Made by a program: the position numbers and the translations under genes
Virus record (IMG/VR): IMGVR_UViG_3300028840_000888
Span: 1 to 64,000 of that record
Strand: one strand, 5' to 3'
DNA: 64,000 nt
Source of the DNA: a virus
Notes under the pieces: generated by a model
Seen by the model: the letters and a program-made list of their open reading frames with translations, nothing else
Told to the model about the DNA's origin: nothing
Databases searched by the model: none
Shown here: positions 37,132 through 46,352 of the stretch, piece after piece
Numbering within the stretch: position 1 is the stretch's first letter
Layout of the letters: every line of letters begins with the position of its first letter

Positions 37132-37160
37132 ATTATACACCATAATCGCTATGGACGCAA
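37132..37160 (-). promoter_or_regulatory. Sigma70-type promoter (TTGCGT-N17-TATAAT)
   Basis: Shares ATTATGGTGTATAAT with the tRNA promoter at 53026-53054. Confidence 0.65.
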
Positions 37161-37286
37161 CTTCGCCATGGTCTTGAACTCCCGGCGTATCTCTGCGGTA
37201 GTGGGCGACATGCCTAATTCATCCTCAATCGCATCTACGATCATGAGAAGGCCCTGGCGTAGTTTCATCCAAAATTGCCTACTCAT
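37149..37286 (-). CDS. Small 45-aa protein MSRQFWMKLRQGLLMIVDAIEDELG... (not in ORF track)
   Basis: TGATG coupling with the upstream adaptor gene; open 46-codon frame. Confidence 0.55.
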   Translation of the reverse strand: MSRQFWMKLRQGLLMIVDAIEDELGMSPTTAEIRREFKTMAKLRP

Positions 37287-37990
37287 CATCGCCGCCCTAT
37301 CGCGGGCTTGTAGTAGCGGCTGTTTACCAAGATCATCTTAACGTCAGCATCCAACACCTGACGGTATAGAATTGTACCAAAGTCATCACTCGCTAGGGTA
37401 ATATCCTGTGCGCCTTGTAGTCGCTTGTACCAGCGTGCTGTTTGCATGATGCAGGCCGTGGTGATCTCCTCCGGCGTCGTGATTGAATGGCCCCATCTCG
37501 CCGTAACCTGCACCGTGGGCGTGGCGCGCTGGCGGTCAAGGTTGCCCGGCGGGAAGCCCGCCGGACCATTGAAGCTACCACTCGTAAAGATACCGTAGCT
37601 TGAGTTGGCGGCAAGAAGGAGCCCGGTGTAGGGTATGCGGTTAAAGTTCGGATCCGCTGCCGGGCCGGAGAAGGCTATCCAGTCCGTACCTGCCGTCCAT
37701 GCGGTGTAGGTTGCGGATGTGACGGAATCCTTCACTGCAACTGCTGTGATTTCCACGCACTCCTCAATCCATTGATGCGCGAGACCACTACCTGCGTATA
37801 TCTTCGTCGTTGCAGTGGTTGGCGCGAGGAAGGCTTCTATATCGTTCCCGTCGCCGTCTTGTTGATAGTGTCCGGTAAAGCGGTCGATAGCATTTCCGGC
37901 GGCGAGGATCAGGGCCTTGATTACTGGATCATCTTCCTGGACGGTTTTGTCTATGTGTTGACGTACTTCTCTAACGGTTGTATAAGGCAT
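37286..37990 (-). CDS. Head-tail adaptor (gp6/gp15-like) with insertion
   Basis: MPYTTV.EV, I..AGNAIDRFTG, V.VTARWG....PEEI..AC. Confidence 0.8.
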   Translation of the reverse strand: MPYTTVREVRQHIDKTVQEDDPVIKALILAAGNAIDRFTGHYQQDGDGNDIEAFLAPTTATTKIYAGSGLAHQWIEECVEITAVAVKDSVTSATYTAWTAGTDWIAFSGPAADPNFNRIPYTGLLLAANSSYGIFTSGSFNGPAGFPPGNLDRQRATPTVQVTARWGHSITTPEEITTACIMQTARWYKRLQGAQDITLASDDFGTILYRQVLDADVKMILVNSRYYKPAIGRR

Positions 37991-38011
37991 GTTTTTACCT
38001 TCCTAAGTTAT

Positions 38012-38233
38012 TCATTTGCTCTTTTTGAGAATCTTGCGTGCGATTATGTATGGGCAATCACGCTTGTGTGCCTTCTGGCTGTCAGGATTTGACACAGCGG
38101 TCAAATCGGCCTCGCAGTATTTACATGTCCACACTGCGGTTAGGCGGTGGGATGTGGCATCAATACCGATCTCCGTCAAAAACGGTTCGTCATAAACTAT
38201 TGACTCTAGTATCTTGCGAATAGATTTCTTCAT
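38012..38233 (-). CDS. Small Cys/His protein
   Basis: CKYC...HKRDC; AT-rich insert. Confidence 0.6.
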   Translation of the reverse strand: MKKSIRKILESIVYDEPFLTEIGIDATSHRLTAVWTCKYCEADLTAVSNPDSQKAHKRDCPYIIARKILKKSK

Positions 38234-38454
38234 TATGACACTCCTGGGTAGTATCCGAGAATCTCATAGAATGTCTCGGAATGTCGATTGACGAATTCCA
38301 TAACGGCAACACGCGCACAGTCGTCTTTGTGGTCGCTGTCCGCGTACACATTATCGATCACCTCTCCGCAAAATGCGCAATGATTCGGGGTTAACTGTAC
38401 TTTTCCTGAAGCATGTATGCTATTAGAGATTCTTCCATTGACGTGGCTATACAC
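38233..38454 (-). CDS. Small Cys/His protein
   Basis: CAFC...HKDDC; true start may be further downstream. Confidence 0.5.
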   Translation of the reverse strand: MYSHVNGRISNSIHASGKVQLTPNHCAFCGEVIDNVYADSDHKDDCARVAVMEFVNRHSETFYEILGYYPGVS

Positions 38455-38768
38455 ACCATTTTCTGAGACACACCATCATTGATCTCTAGCACATCAGTTA
38501 TAGCGAAAAATCCGTGGTTTGCTAGGTCTTGCGCCTTGACATTCATTTCTGTAAGAATTGACGCATGAACATTAACCTCTATATACCAAGTTTTCTGGTC
38601 TTCTTCGACCTCTCTAATCATTGCCTGAGACCAATTGTAGCAAGCATTGATTAGGAAGTGCGTGGTTATCATGCCGCCAATGGGCTCCCATCCATACTCT
38701 GAGAGAACACGCACCTTATTAGTTAGTTCTGGCGCTGACCTTGCGGATACAATTGTATATTGTTTCAT
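38391..38768 (-). CDS. DUF1737-like protein
   Basis: Y.IVS......L...V......GW.PIGG......W.QAM. Confidence 0.65.
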   Translation of the reverse strand: MKQYTIVSARSAPELTNKVRVLSEYGWEPIGGMITTHFLINACYNWSQAMIREVEEDQKTWYIEVNVHASILTEMNVKAQDLANHGFFAITDVLEINDGVSQKMVCIATSMEESLIAYMLQEKYS

Positions 38769-38789
38769 GACTTAACTCCTTTCGGGTTT

Positions 38790-39176
38790 TTATTGTTTTG
38801 CATACCTCATCACCTTTTTATAAAATGGCTCAAGTGAATCGAGGATAAGCGCAGTAATGACAACCATAGAATAAAATCCTATGGCATAGTGGGAATCATG
38901 TACAAGCACATTGACGCCAACATGTACACATGGCAATATGATTATGGAAGTAAGCACGAGCAAAAATAAACTTACAGTGAGCCATTTGATGATGTTCACG
39001 CCGGAACATATCTCAATGAGACGCATTGAATTGTACGCAGTTAGCAGAAAAGACGCAATCGCCGCTATGCCTCTATATTCATAGTTCGAGTGCATCGTTA
39101 TTTGCGCCATGATCATGGCTGAACATGACCATGTGAAGTGCGCAAGTTCTCTATTCTCGATGTCATTCATGGTCAA
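38790..39176 (-). CDS. Membrane protein (~4 TM)
   Basis: Several hydrophobic stretches; AGGAG RBS. Confidence 0.65.
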   Translation of the reverse strand: MTMNDIENRELAHFTWSCSAMIMAQITMHSNYEYRGIAAIASFLLTAYNSMRLIEICSGVNIIKWLTVSLFLLVLTSIIILPCVHVGVNVLVHDSHYAIGFYSMVVITALILDSLEPFYKKVMRYAKQ

Positions 39177-39664
39177 CTCCTGGAGGGTGGCTTTTGTCCG
39201 ACCCTAAGATGATCACCATACCTTTCGTTAATCCAGCGTTCATCAAATCTATGGTAGGATGTCAAAAGATCAGATGCGTTCATGGTTTCATCATGAGATG
39301 TCGCATAATACAATAGTTCTTGGTAGAACATTTCTTCATCATCCTTAGAAATGATTGCCTGCGCAATGAATCCATGATTTGTGAATACCTGCACATCTGC
39401 TATGAGTTCTAAGTACTCTCTGTTTTGCAATCGTATGTTTTGCTTGAACTTGACGCAATGCTCCGGTATTGTCCTTACCATTGCTTGATACCAGTTAAAA
39501 CCAGAGTTTACACAGGCAAATGTTGTAATGACGCCACCTGATGCACGCCATCCGCGCTTATTTAGATCGTTCACATAACTAACAATGCCTGGCGCGTCCA
39601 TTGCTGATACGACTATGTATTGATGTACCTCATCATGATATAGTACGGGCGTTATTTCATTCAT
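39173..39664 (-). CDS. DUF1737-like protein (paralog of 38391-38768)
   Basis: YIVVS.......VN.....GW..SGGV......WYQAM. Confidence 0.65.
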   Translation of the reverse strand: MNEITPVLYHDEVHQYIVVSAMDAPGIVSYVNDLNKRGWRASGGVITTFACVNSGFNWYQAMVRTIPEHCVKFKQNIRLQNREYLELIADVQVFTNHGFIAQAIISKDDEEMFYQELLYYATSHDETMNASDLLTSYHRFDERWINERYGDHLRVGQKPPSRS

Positions 39665-39704
39665 GTCTCAACTCCTTTCGGGTTTAGTTACGTCTTTCAT
39701 TGCT

Positions 39705-42104
39705 TTATGGAAACTCATCTGCAAATAGTACTAACTCTTGACAGCGGCATTGTATGATATTTCCCAATGATGCGCCCATGCTTTCATCACCTGGATACAT
39801 CAGGCGCTCGCCGCTAACTGTAAATGGCGTATCTATAGGTCGCTGTTGTCCGTTGGCCGCTCGATGGTTAAAGTTATCTGTCGGCTTAGCTCCGCGCTCC
39901 CTCCCATCCAATGTCGTCAGCCACTCATGCCCGGTGATGTCCACGCCATCCTCGCGCCACACATCATACAGGCGCCGCGTCCCGGCATTGCTGGCGCGTA
40001 GCGTTTGGTCACGGGCGATTAGCTCAAGCCGGTTGGTGGTCAGTCGCTTGCAGGCGAAGAAGGCAGCCTCGCTCAGGTCGTCGGCTTCACAATCTGCCTT
40101 CCCTATCCATCGCTTGAAGAGGGTGTCAATTGATTCCATAGTCTGCGGGATTGACCACCCGCGCACCTGGGCTTCCTGGATGATCTCATTGATTAGGGAT
40201 GAGGAAGTCTGCGCTATCTCGTCGGCAAAGGTCATGGTGTAGTCGTTTAGCCAGTCACCGGCAAACAAGTTGGTCACGTCGAAAGCGAAGCCGTATGCCA
40301 GGGAGGTTAGGTTTGCCTGCGCCGTCACGAGCCCCTCAAGCTGCGGAATGAATATCCCGGCCCATTCGTCGCCGGATTCATTGAGGAAATAGTCTCGCAA
40401 CTCTTGGCTGGTTGCTTCCCAGTTGATGGTTTGTTTCGCCTGGCGGGCCTTTTTCTTTGCCCGCATGATGATCTGCATTACAGCGCGGCGGTCATTCTTG
40501 AAGCCTTCAAGTGCGGCATCCTGCAAGATGGGCTCATACTCAATGGCTACGGCATCGCGCTGCTTCCATAGCATTTCCTTCTGCTCGTGGTCAAGACGCT
40601 TGATCTGACGCGTTTTGGCGCGGTCGGTGTCGTCTTCGGTAGCCTCTACTGCCCCCGCTTCATCATCTGGTAGTTCCTCAAAGACCGGCTGCATGATGGT
40701 TTGCAAGTTCACCTTGAGCACATCACCATTGGGTAATTCCGACAAGCCGGCGGCGCGGCGGTATTCATTCATCGTCACGGCGCTGGCATCCCATCCCTCA
40801 AGTAGCGCCGCCTGCCTATCTGCGCGGATGTCTTCAAATGCGGGTATCTGCGAGTAGTCAAAGCGGATGAAGTAACCGCTATCGGGCTGCCCCAAGTAGT
40901 AGTTATACTCCTGCTCAAACCAGCCAAGTTCTGGCACCATCGTATCTTCCCAGAACGCCTTGCGCGCCTCTCGATAGTTTTCGTAGGTAGAACGCAGTAG
41001 GCCCAAGCGGGCGCCGACAAGGATCAGCGGAACGCCGAACACCATCGCTATCCGGCTTTCATTGCGCTGGTCTATGAGGTCTAAATCCATTTCTTCCGGG
41101 CTTAACATGATACGCTGATACTCACCGTCGGCATCCGTCACGCCGACCTCCCCGCCGTATAGCTCCTGCCAGCGCTCCTTGATACGACCCATGACTTCCT
41201 CGTCAAGCGGCATACTAAAGTTGAGTATGCCGTCCATTGTCTTCCGCATCTTGTCGATGAGTTCTGAGAAGTATAGGGTGATGTCGTTGTCCATGTCCAC
41301 GTTGTATGCGGCGGCTGACAAGGGAGAAAGGCCATAGCCCATGCCCTCAAGCGGATCCAACAGATTCGGCAATTTGACATGCATCATGTCTTGGGCCGGG
41401 ATACGGACGGCCCGCTCGGTGTCACCCGGCAGCACACCTTCGGGCGTGTAGATGTAGCCGACCTTCGCAAAGCCGTTCTTGGAACGCACTAACTGTCCGT
41501 AAGCCTTGCGCTCATATCTGGTCATGGGCCGGCGCCAAGTATCCATGACATTATTGCCGCGCTTCTTTGCTGTGATGATGTCATAGTTTTGCAAGGCGAT
41601 TATCCACACGCGGTCGGGACGCAAGGGGTGTAAGCCAATGGGTAAGCCGGTCTTGGGGTCGCGATCAATCATCACGAATGAGTTGCCGTCGATGTTCAAA
41701 TAGGCTTCATTGAGGCCCTGAAACTCCGGCTGACTCTGGTATGTGTTCGGGCGGTCGAGAAGCTTGGTCAAGTCGTTGTCTGCGGGCAATACTTCGGGCT
41801 GATCCCGCGTACCCTCGTAAGCCCGCAGCGGCGCGGCGGTGATGGCGCGAACCTTATACATGATGCAGGCATACACCAGGGCGTTGCGGTTGAATCCGTC
41901 CAGCACATAGCTTTGGTAATCCGTGATGTGGTGCTGTGGTATCTCGGCGCGTGAGGAGAAGTCTAGCGGCATGAATTTGGTGTTTACGTTGCGCATCCGG
42001 CGCTCCACGTACATCATCATTTGCAGGTCTTCATCGCGGCGCTGCTTAAATAAATTAGCTTTGTAAACCTTTGGCCTAAATAATCGATCAATCCATTGCG
42101 GCAT
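39705..42104 (-). CDS. Portal protein fused to MuF/SPP1-gp7-like minor head domain
   Basis: Portal: VYACI, LLDRPN, L.PLRPDRV, YGLSPL, IAMVFGVP..LVG; C-terminal W.TTLDGRER...H, L.YPGD, IQCRC. Confidence 0.92.
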   Translation of the reverse strand: MPQWIDRLFRPKVYKANLFKQRRDEDLQMMMYVERRMRNVNTKFMPLDFSSRAEIPQHHITDYQSYVLDGFNRNALVYACIMYKVRAITAAPLRAYEGTRDQPEVLPADNDLTKLLDRPNTYQSQPEFQGLNEAYLNIDGNSFVMIDRDPKTGLPIGLHPLRPDRVWIIALQNYDIITAKKRGNNVMDTWRRPMTRYERKAYGQLVRSKNGFAKVGYIYTPEGVLPGDTERAVRIPAQDMMHVKLPNLLDPLEGMGYGLSPLSAAAYNVDMDNDITLYFSELIDKMRKTMDGILNFSMPLDEEVMGRIKERWQELYGGEVGVTDADGEYQRIMLSPEEMDLDLIDQRNESRIAMVFGVPLILVGARLGLLRSTYENYREARKAFWEDTMVPELGWFEQEYNYYLGQPDSGYFIRFDYSQIPAFEDIRADRQAALLEGWDASAVTMNEYRRAAGLSELPNGDVLKVNLQTIMQPVFEELPDDEAGAVEATEDDTDRAKTRQIKRLDHEQKEMLWKQRDAVAIEYEPILQDAALEGFKNDRRAVMQIIMRAKKKARQAKQTINWEATSQELRDYFLNESGDEWAGIFIPQLEGLVTAQANLTSLAYGFAFDVTNLFAGDWLNDYTMTFADEIAQTSSSLINEIIQEAQVRGWSIPQTMESIDTLFKRWIGKADCEADDLSEAAFFACKRLTTNRLELIARDQTLRASNAGTRRLYDVWREDGVDITGHEWLTTLDGRERGAKPTDNFNHRAANGQQRPIDTPFTVSGERLMYPGDESMGASLGNIIQCRCQELVLFADEFP

Positions 42105-42116
42105 CTATCACCTCGC

Positions 42117-43541
42117 TTACCCGAATCCTATCCCACGCCGTGTCTTTATCGCGGTCTCTGACATCGCCCCGGCGACTATGCTATCCGGCGGATGTCCACT
42201 GCCGTAAAGGTCGTCGCGTGCAGCATACTTGTACTCATTATACATCCATTTTATCATCGGCGCAACTATGCCACGATCCTCAACAGTCGCAATGTGATTT
42301 GTGAACATATTCTTGCGCGTGTTGCCGGTCATGATGATAGCCTGTGAGCGCACCGTGGAGTAGTCGGCTACCACGTCACCTACGCCCGTACCATCATGCG
42401 CCGCCTTGCCGCCGTAGCGTTTAACACGGCGGTCATAGCGTGATACCATCTTGGGCCACGGCTTGCGCTGATGCCGCTCGAAGGCTACGAGACGCCAGGG
42501 AGACACATCATAACGGATGGTAACAATGACGGTGTGATCTTGCTTCTTGGCCCAGTCTGCGCCCGTGGCATAGCGGGCATTGCGGAGCTTACTCTTGCAT
42601 ACGGCGCACTTCTTATGCGTGGCGTCGGCGGCTATGATCTCCCAACCGCAGACAGGACACACAAGCATGGGCGGCTCGATCTCGATGTATTCACCGTTGC
42701 GCCCTTCAAATGTTCCCAATTTGGGATCAAACATCTGCTCAACCTTCTCCGGCATAATGGCACGGCCTTCCGGTGACGGTTCGTTAAGGTCATATTCCAC
42801 CTTCCACATTTGCGCCGGGATCACGGTGCGCTTGTTTTCTACCTCGGAAGGGAGAAGCCAGCCGCCCTCTGCGCTTGTCTCTTGGTATCCCCAATAGTGG
42901 ACGGGCCAGCCGTGCTTGTTGGCGCGTTTGAGCACTTCCGTCATAACGCCATCGGCTTTGTGGTGCGTGGAGCTAAGGACGGTCTGCGCCTTGATGACTA
43001 CCTTGCCATTTTCTACCACACTCATGGGTTGACCCAACGCCGCGTCTAGGAGGTCGATGGACATTTCATCAACTTCATCCCCGCGCAGCTTGGGTGCGTG
43101 TGGCCCTCTAATGCTCTTCTGTGATGCCGTTAGTGCATTGACCGTATTGCCCCACACAAAGCGGTGCAATGTTGTCAGCGGTTCGCCTTCCCATAGATGC
43201 TTGGGTGAGTTCTGCGCGCGGTAGAATTGTGTAATGTAATCCTGGATCCGCTTTGCCTGCTCAAAGCTGCCGCCGAGGATACTCACATCGGCTTTCTGCG
43301 TCAATGCCTCTACGGTAGAAAGGAGTGCGAGCAGGTATGACTTTCCCGCGAAGCCACGACTACCTACCCACACGACAACAGGTGATTTGGCGAAGTACGC
43401 ATCACAGAAGGCCCGCCACGGTGTTGAGTGTCCCTCTACCACTACCTGGTCAGGGATACATGCGCCGAAGCATAGCTCTACGAATTCACGAAGGGCGCCC
43501 TCGGAGGTGATGGGTAGCTTGAACTTATGTGCGGTTGTCAT
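42117..43541 (-). CDS. terL: Terminase large subunit
   Basis: Walker A-like GSRGFAGKS, Walker B LRGDEVD, SST, nuclease GADWAKKQD, DGTGVG, H.PD; upstream of portal. Confidence 0.9.
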   Translation of the reverse strand: MTTAHKFKLPITSEGALREFVELCFGACIPDQVVVEGHSTPWRAFCDAYFAKSPVVVWVGSRGFAGKSYLLALLSTVEALTQKADVSILGGSFEQAKRIQDYITQFYRAQNSPKHLWEGEPLTTLHRFVWGNTVNALTASQKSIRGPHAPKLRGDEVDEMSIDLLDAALGQPMSVVENGKVVIKAQTVLSSTHHKADGVMTEVLKRANKHGWPVHYWGYQETSAEGGWLLPSEVENKRTVIPAQMWKVEYDLNEPSPEGRAIMPEKVEQMFDPKLGTFEGRNGEYIEIEPPMLVCPVCGWEIIAADATHKKCAVCKSKLRNARYATGADWAKKQDHTVIVTIRYDVSPWRLVAFERHQRKPWPKMVSRYDRRVKRYGGKAAHDGTGVGDVVADYSTVRSQAIIMTGNTRKNMFTNHIATVEDRGIVAPMIKWMYNEYKYAARDDLYGSGHPPDSIVAGAMSETAIKTRRGIGFG

Positions 43542-43576
43542 TGTTTTACGTTCCTAAAACATTAGAGTATATCAGT

Positions 43577-43605
43577 TTGACAAATATTAAGTTATCGTGT
43601 ATAAT
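43577..43605 (+). promoter_or_regulatory. Consensus sigma70 promoter for radical SAM gene
   Basis: TTGACA-N17-TATAAT; spacer contains AGTTAT like the early cassettes. Confidence 0.85.
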
Positions 43606-43639
43606 TAGATTATCATTATCATCACAAAAGGAGAAAGTC

Positions 43640-44500
43640 ATGACCATATTATACGAGCCCAAAGGGCGCGCCCGTGAGTACGCCCCGCTTGCTGTGAATT
43701 TGTACTCAGGATGCACCCACGGGTGTCGGTATTGTTACGTGCCGACAATACCGCCATACAAGTTCAAACCCGATGCCCGCGCAGCTTTTCACGCCTGCGC
43801 AAATCCACGCCGCGATGTCATTCGCCAGCTAGAGCGCGATTGCCGCAAGCGTCCCGGCAACGGAGAGCGCGTGCTGTTCTGCTTCACCACCGACCCGTAC
43901 CAGGACGCAAATAATGAGCACGACCTGACGCGACAAGCAATTGAAGTTTTGCACGCCGCCGGGTATAATGTCCAGGTGCTCACGAAGGGCGGGAAGAACG
44001 CATTGCGCGACTTGGAAGTTTTTCTTCCAAGTGACGCCTTCGCCGCCACCATGACACTGCTCTCGCCGGAGCACTCGCGCAAATGGGAGCCTGGGGCGGC
44101 GGTGCCGGAAGAGCGCATGGAAACTTTAGAGCTGTTCCACGCCGCAGGTATCCCGACATGGGTATCATTGGAGCCGGTGCTAAATCCTGACAGTGCTCTC
44201 GAAATCATCCGCCAAACTCACTCCTTTGTCGATCTGTTCAAAGTCGGCAAACTCAACCATCACAAACTTGCCGAGCGATTCGACTGGCGAGCCTTCGGAA
44301 TCGCCGCCGTTGACTTACTCGAATCGTTGAGCAAGTCATACTACATCAAGGACGACCTGCGGGCGTTCTTTGAAGATGTGGAGTTAGGCCCACATCACGT
44401 AACCGTTACAGACATCGAGCACGCTCCATTAGTCAAGCATGAAGCCCAAGTAATGCTTCCTATGATGATGCCTATGCCAAACCTCGCCAACTCCATGTAA
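43640..44500 (+). CDS. Radical SAM protein (SPL/Rv2578c-like)
   Basis: NLYSGCTHGCRYCY (CX3CX2C), TDPYQ, VLTK, WEPGA....ER, TWVSLEP. Confidence 0.9.
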   Translation: MTILYEPKGRAREYAPLAVNLYSGCTHGCRYCYVPTIPPYKFKPDARAAFHACANPRRDVIRQLERDCRKRPGNGERVLFCFTTDPYQDANNEHDLTRQAIEVLHAAGYNVQVLTKGGKNALRDLEVFLPSDAFAATMTLLSPEHSRKWEPGAAVPEERMETLELFHAAGIPTWVSLEPVLNPDSALEIIRQTHSFVDLFKVGKLNHHKLAERFDWRAFGIAAVDLLESLSKSYYIKDDLRAFFEDVELGPHHVTVTDIEHAPLVKHEAQVMLPMMMPMPNLANSM

Positions 44501-44974
44501 GGCGAGGAAGTTCTTAAAATATTCCCACCCGTTTCTAAAGAAAAGTGTGGGAATATTTTTTATCATTTCTTTTGTGAATCCATTTTCGACTAGCATCAAT
44601 CTAGGAAGCGATCCAACTACGCTTTGAATAAAGGTTACAAAGACTATGCCCCGGTAGTTTCTCTTAAATATCACGCTTAGTTGATCGTATGGTACGCCGT
44701 AGGCGTCTAAGTCTATTACATCAAATTTGTCTATATTCATTGACGGCAAAAATGACATATTATTTCCAGGCAAATGAAAGCCTACTCCGTGGTCATCTTT
44801 AATCTCTATGGAAATTCTGTTTATGTTTCTGCCAGTTGATGATGAAACTGCGCTCCAAACCAATCCGCCGCCACCAAAACAATCTAATACAGATATTCTA
44901 TCTGTTTTTGTCGGAAGATGACCAGCTCTCAGCGCCACTTTGTCCGCAAAAAAGCTATTGTCAGTTTGAACCAT
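44429..44974 (-). CDS. SAM-dependent methyltransferase-fold protein
   Basis: VLDCFGGGG motif I, FDVIDLDAYGVP; AT-rich. Confidence 0.7.
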   Translation of the reverse strand: MVQTDNSFFADKVALRAGHLPTKTDRISVLDCFGGGGLVWSAVSSSTGRNINRISIEIKDDHGVGFHLPGNNMSFLPSMNIDKFDVIDLDAYGVPYDQLSVIFKRNYRGIVFVTFIQSVVGSLPRLMLVENGFTKEMIKNIPTLFFRNGWEYFKNFLALHGVGEVWHRHHHRKHYLGFMLD

Positions 44975-45542
44975 ATAGCACCTCGATTCCTGGAATTTCG
45001 TCAAAATCGCTTATTGCATCCCTAACTTCATCTGCCCTGTCAACGTCTACGCTTATGAGAACATGTAGCATTTTTCTTTGTCTGATACGCTCTGTTTCTT
45101 CTTTCAATAACTGCTCTGTTTCCCCTAATTCGCTTTCTATAATGTAAAGCAACTCATCCTCAGTGAACAGTCCCTTCGTCACCTCCGGCGTCTCACTCTC
45201 CAAGCATCCAAGCACCGCCGCGTCCCACTCGGCTAACTCGGCGGCGCGGTTATCGTAAAGCGAAAGGCGGCGCTTCTGCTCCTCAGTAAGCCCTGACCTA
45301 CGCACGGCAATAATAGTCTCGCCGTCAGCTTCAATGACGCGCACCTTCTCAATACCGGCCAGGGCTGCGGCTTCGATGGTGCCGTTGCCGGCCAGGATGT
45401 TGCCGTCTTCATCCACTACGATGGAGCGCGCTGCGCCCACTTCATTCAGGGACGCCTCAATCATTTGCAGGTTGCGCTCGGTACGGCGGCGCGGGTTCAT
45501 TTGGTCGGGCTTAAGGTCTTTGATGTGGGCTATTTCTTTCAT
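44961..45542 (-). CDS. ParB/Srx-like N-terminal domain protein
   Basis: DLKPD..NPR, SL.EVGAARSIVVDEDG.ILAGNG, DNR..EL.EWD. Confidence 0.82.
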   Translation of the reverse strand: MKEIAHIKDLKPDQMNPRRRTERNLQMIEASLNEVGAARSIVVDEDGNILAGNGTIEAAALAGIEKVRVIEADGETIIAVRRSGLTEEQKRRLSLYDNRAAELAEWDAAVLGCLESETPEVTKGLFTEDELLYIIESELGETEQLLKEETERIRQRKMLHVLISVDVDRADEVRDAISDFDEIPGIEVLYGSN

Positions 45543-45556
45543 GTTACCTTCCTAAT

Positions 45557-45724
45557 TCATTCATCATCACTTTTCAGGTATTGCAGGCTCGCCATCTGCA
45601 TACCTAGCTTCTCAATAGCCTCTATAATTGCGTCCGTCACTTTGTCCACATCCTCAATGGTGCATGTGCTTCCGTCCACCTTGAATATAGATGCTTCAAG
45701 TTCTATGTGTTTTTGATCATTCAT
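45557..45724 (-). CDS. Small 55-aa acidic protein MNDQKHIELEASIFK... (not in ORF track)
   Basis: Start overlaps terS end; fills the gap to the ParB-like gene. Confidence 0.45.
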   Translation of the reverse strand: MNDQKHIELEASIFKVDGSTCTIEDVDKVTDAIIEAIEKLGMQMASLQYLKSDDE

Positions 45725-46352
45725 GTTCGATCACAATTATCTCCGTGTCATTAAAAAGCGGAGCGCCGCCCTTGCCTGTCACCTCTTGCCGCTCGGCGCG
45801 GTCGGGAATCTCAAGCACCTTCGCCAGCAAATCCTCAGAGGTATCCAGGGCCGTGGCAAGTTGGGAGATAGACACATCGGGCTTGATGGTGCGAACGATG
45901 ACCTTCGTGCCATCCGGCTCTTCCGTTTTGGTCTCGCTGATCTTCCACTTCTTGAGCATGGTCAGCATTTGCGCCGCGGCCTCTTGCAGGTCGGCGGCGG
46001 TCTCATACGTGCGATGGTAGTACTCGGCGCGGCGCTTGGCCCATAGCTCGCGCTCCTCTTGCTCCTTGCGTGCAAGTTCTATCTGATCAAGTTCGTTCTT
46101 GATCTCTTCTTGTCGGGCGATGCGCGCCTGCCAATCGTACATTATAGACCATTTGCTAATTGTATTTAATTTTGTGGTCGGTGGGGCATTTTCACTGGAA
46201 GGATACTGTAAATATTTCTCTATCAGGGAAGCGTGGGATCTCTTTGGCCCTAAGTCATAGTAGTCATTCAGGGCTTGCGTGTGTCGCTGAAGCTCGCCCT
46301 TTGCGCGAGCCAGAGGCCTGTCATTGTCCCACTCCACTCCGTCCTTGACCAT
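45717..46352 (-). CDS. terS: Terminase small subunit (putative)
   Basis: N-terminal HTH-like Y..LGPKRS...KWS....WQ.R, coiled coil, C-terminal EVTGKGGAPL. Confidence 0.75.
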   Translation of the reverse strand: MVKDGVEWDNDRPLARAKGELQRHTQALNDYYDLGPKRSHASLIEKYLQYPSSENAPPTTKLNTISKWSIMYDWQARIARQEEIKNELDQIELARKEQEERELWAKRRAEYYHRTYETAADLQEAAAQMLTMLKKWKISETKTEEPDGTKVIVRTIKPDVSISQLATALDTSEDLLAKVLEIPDRAERQEVTGKGGAPLFNDTEIIVIEHE

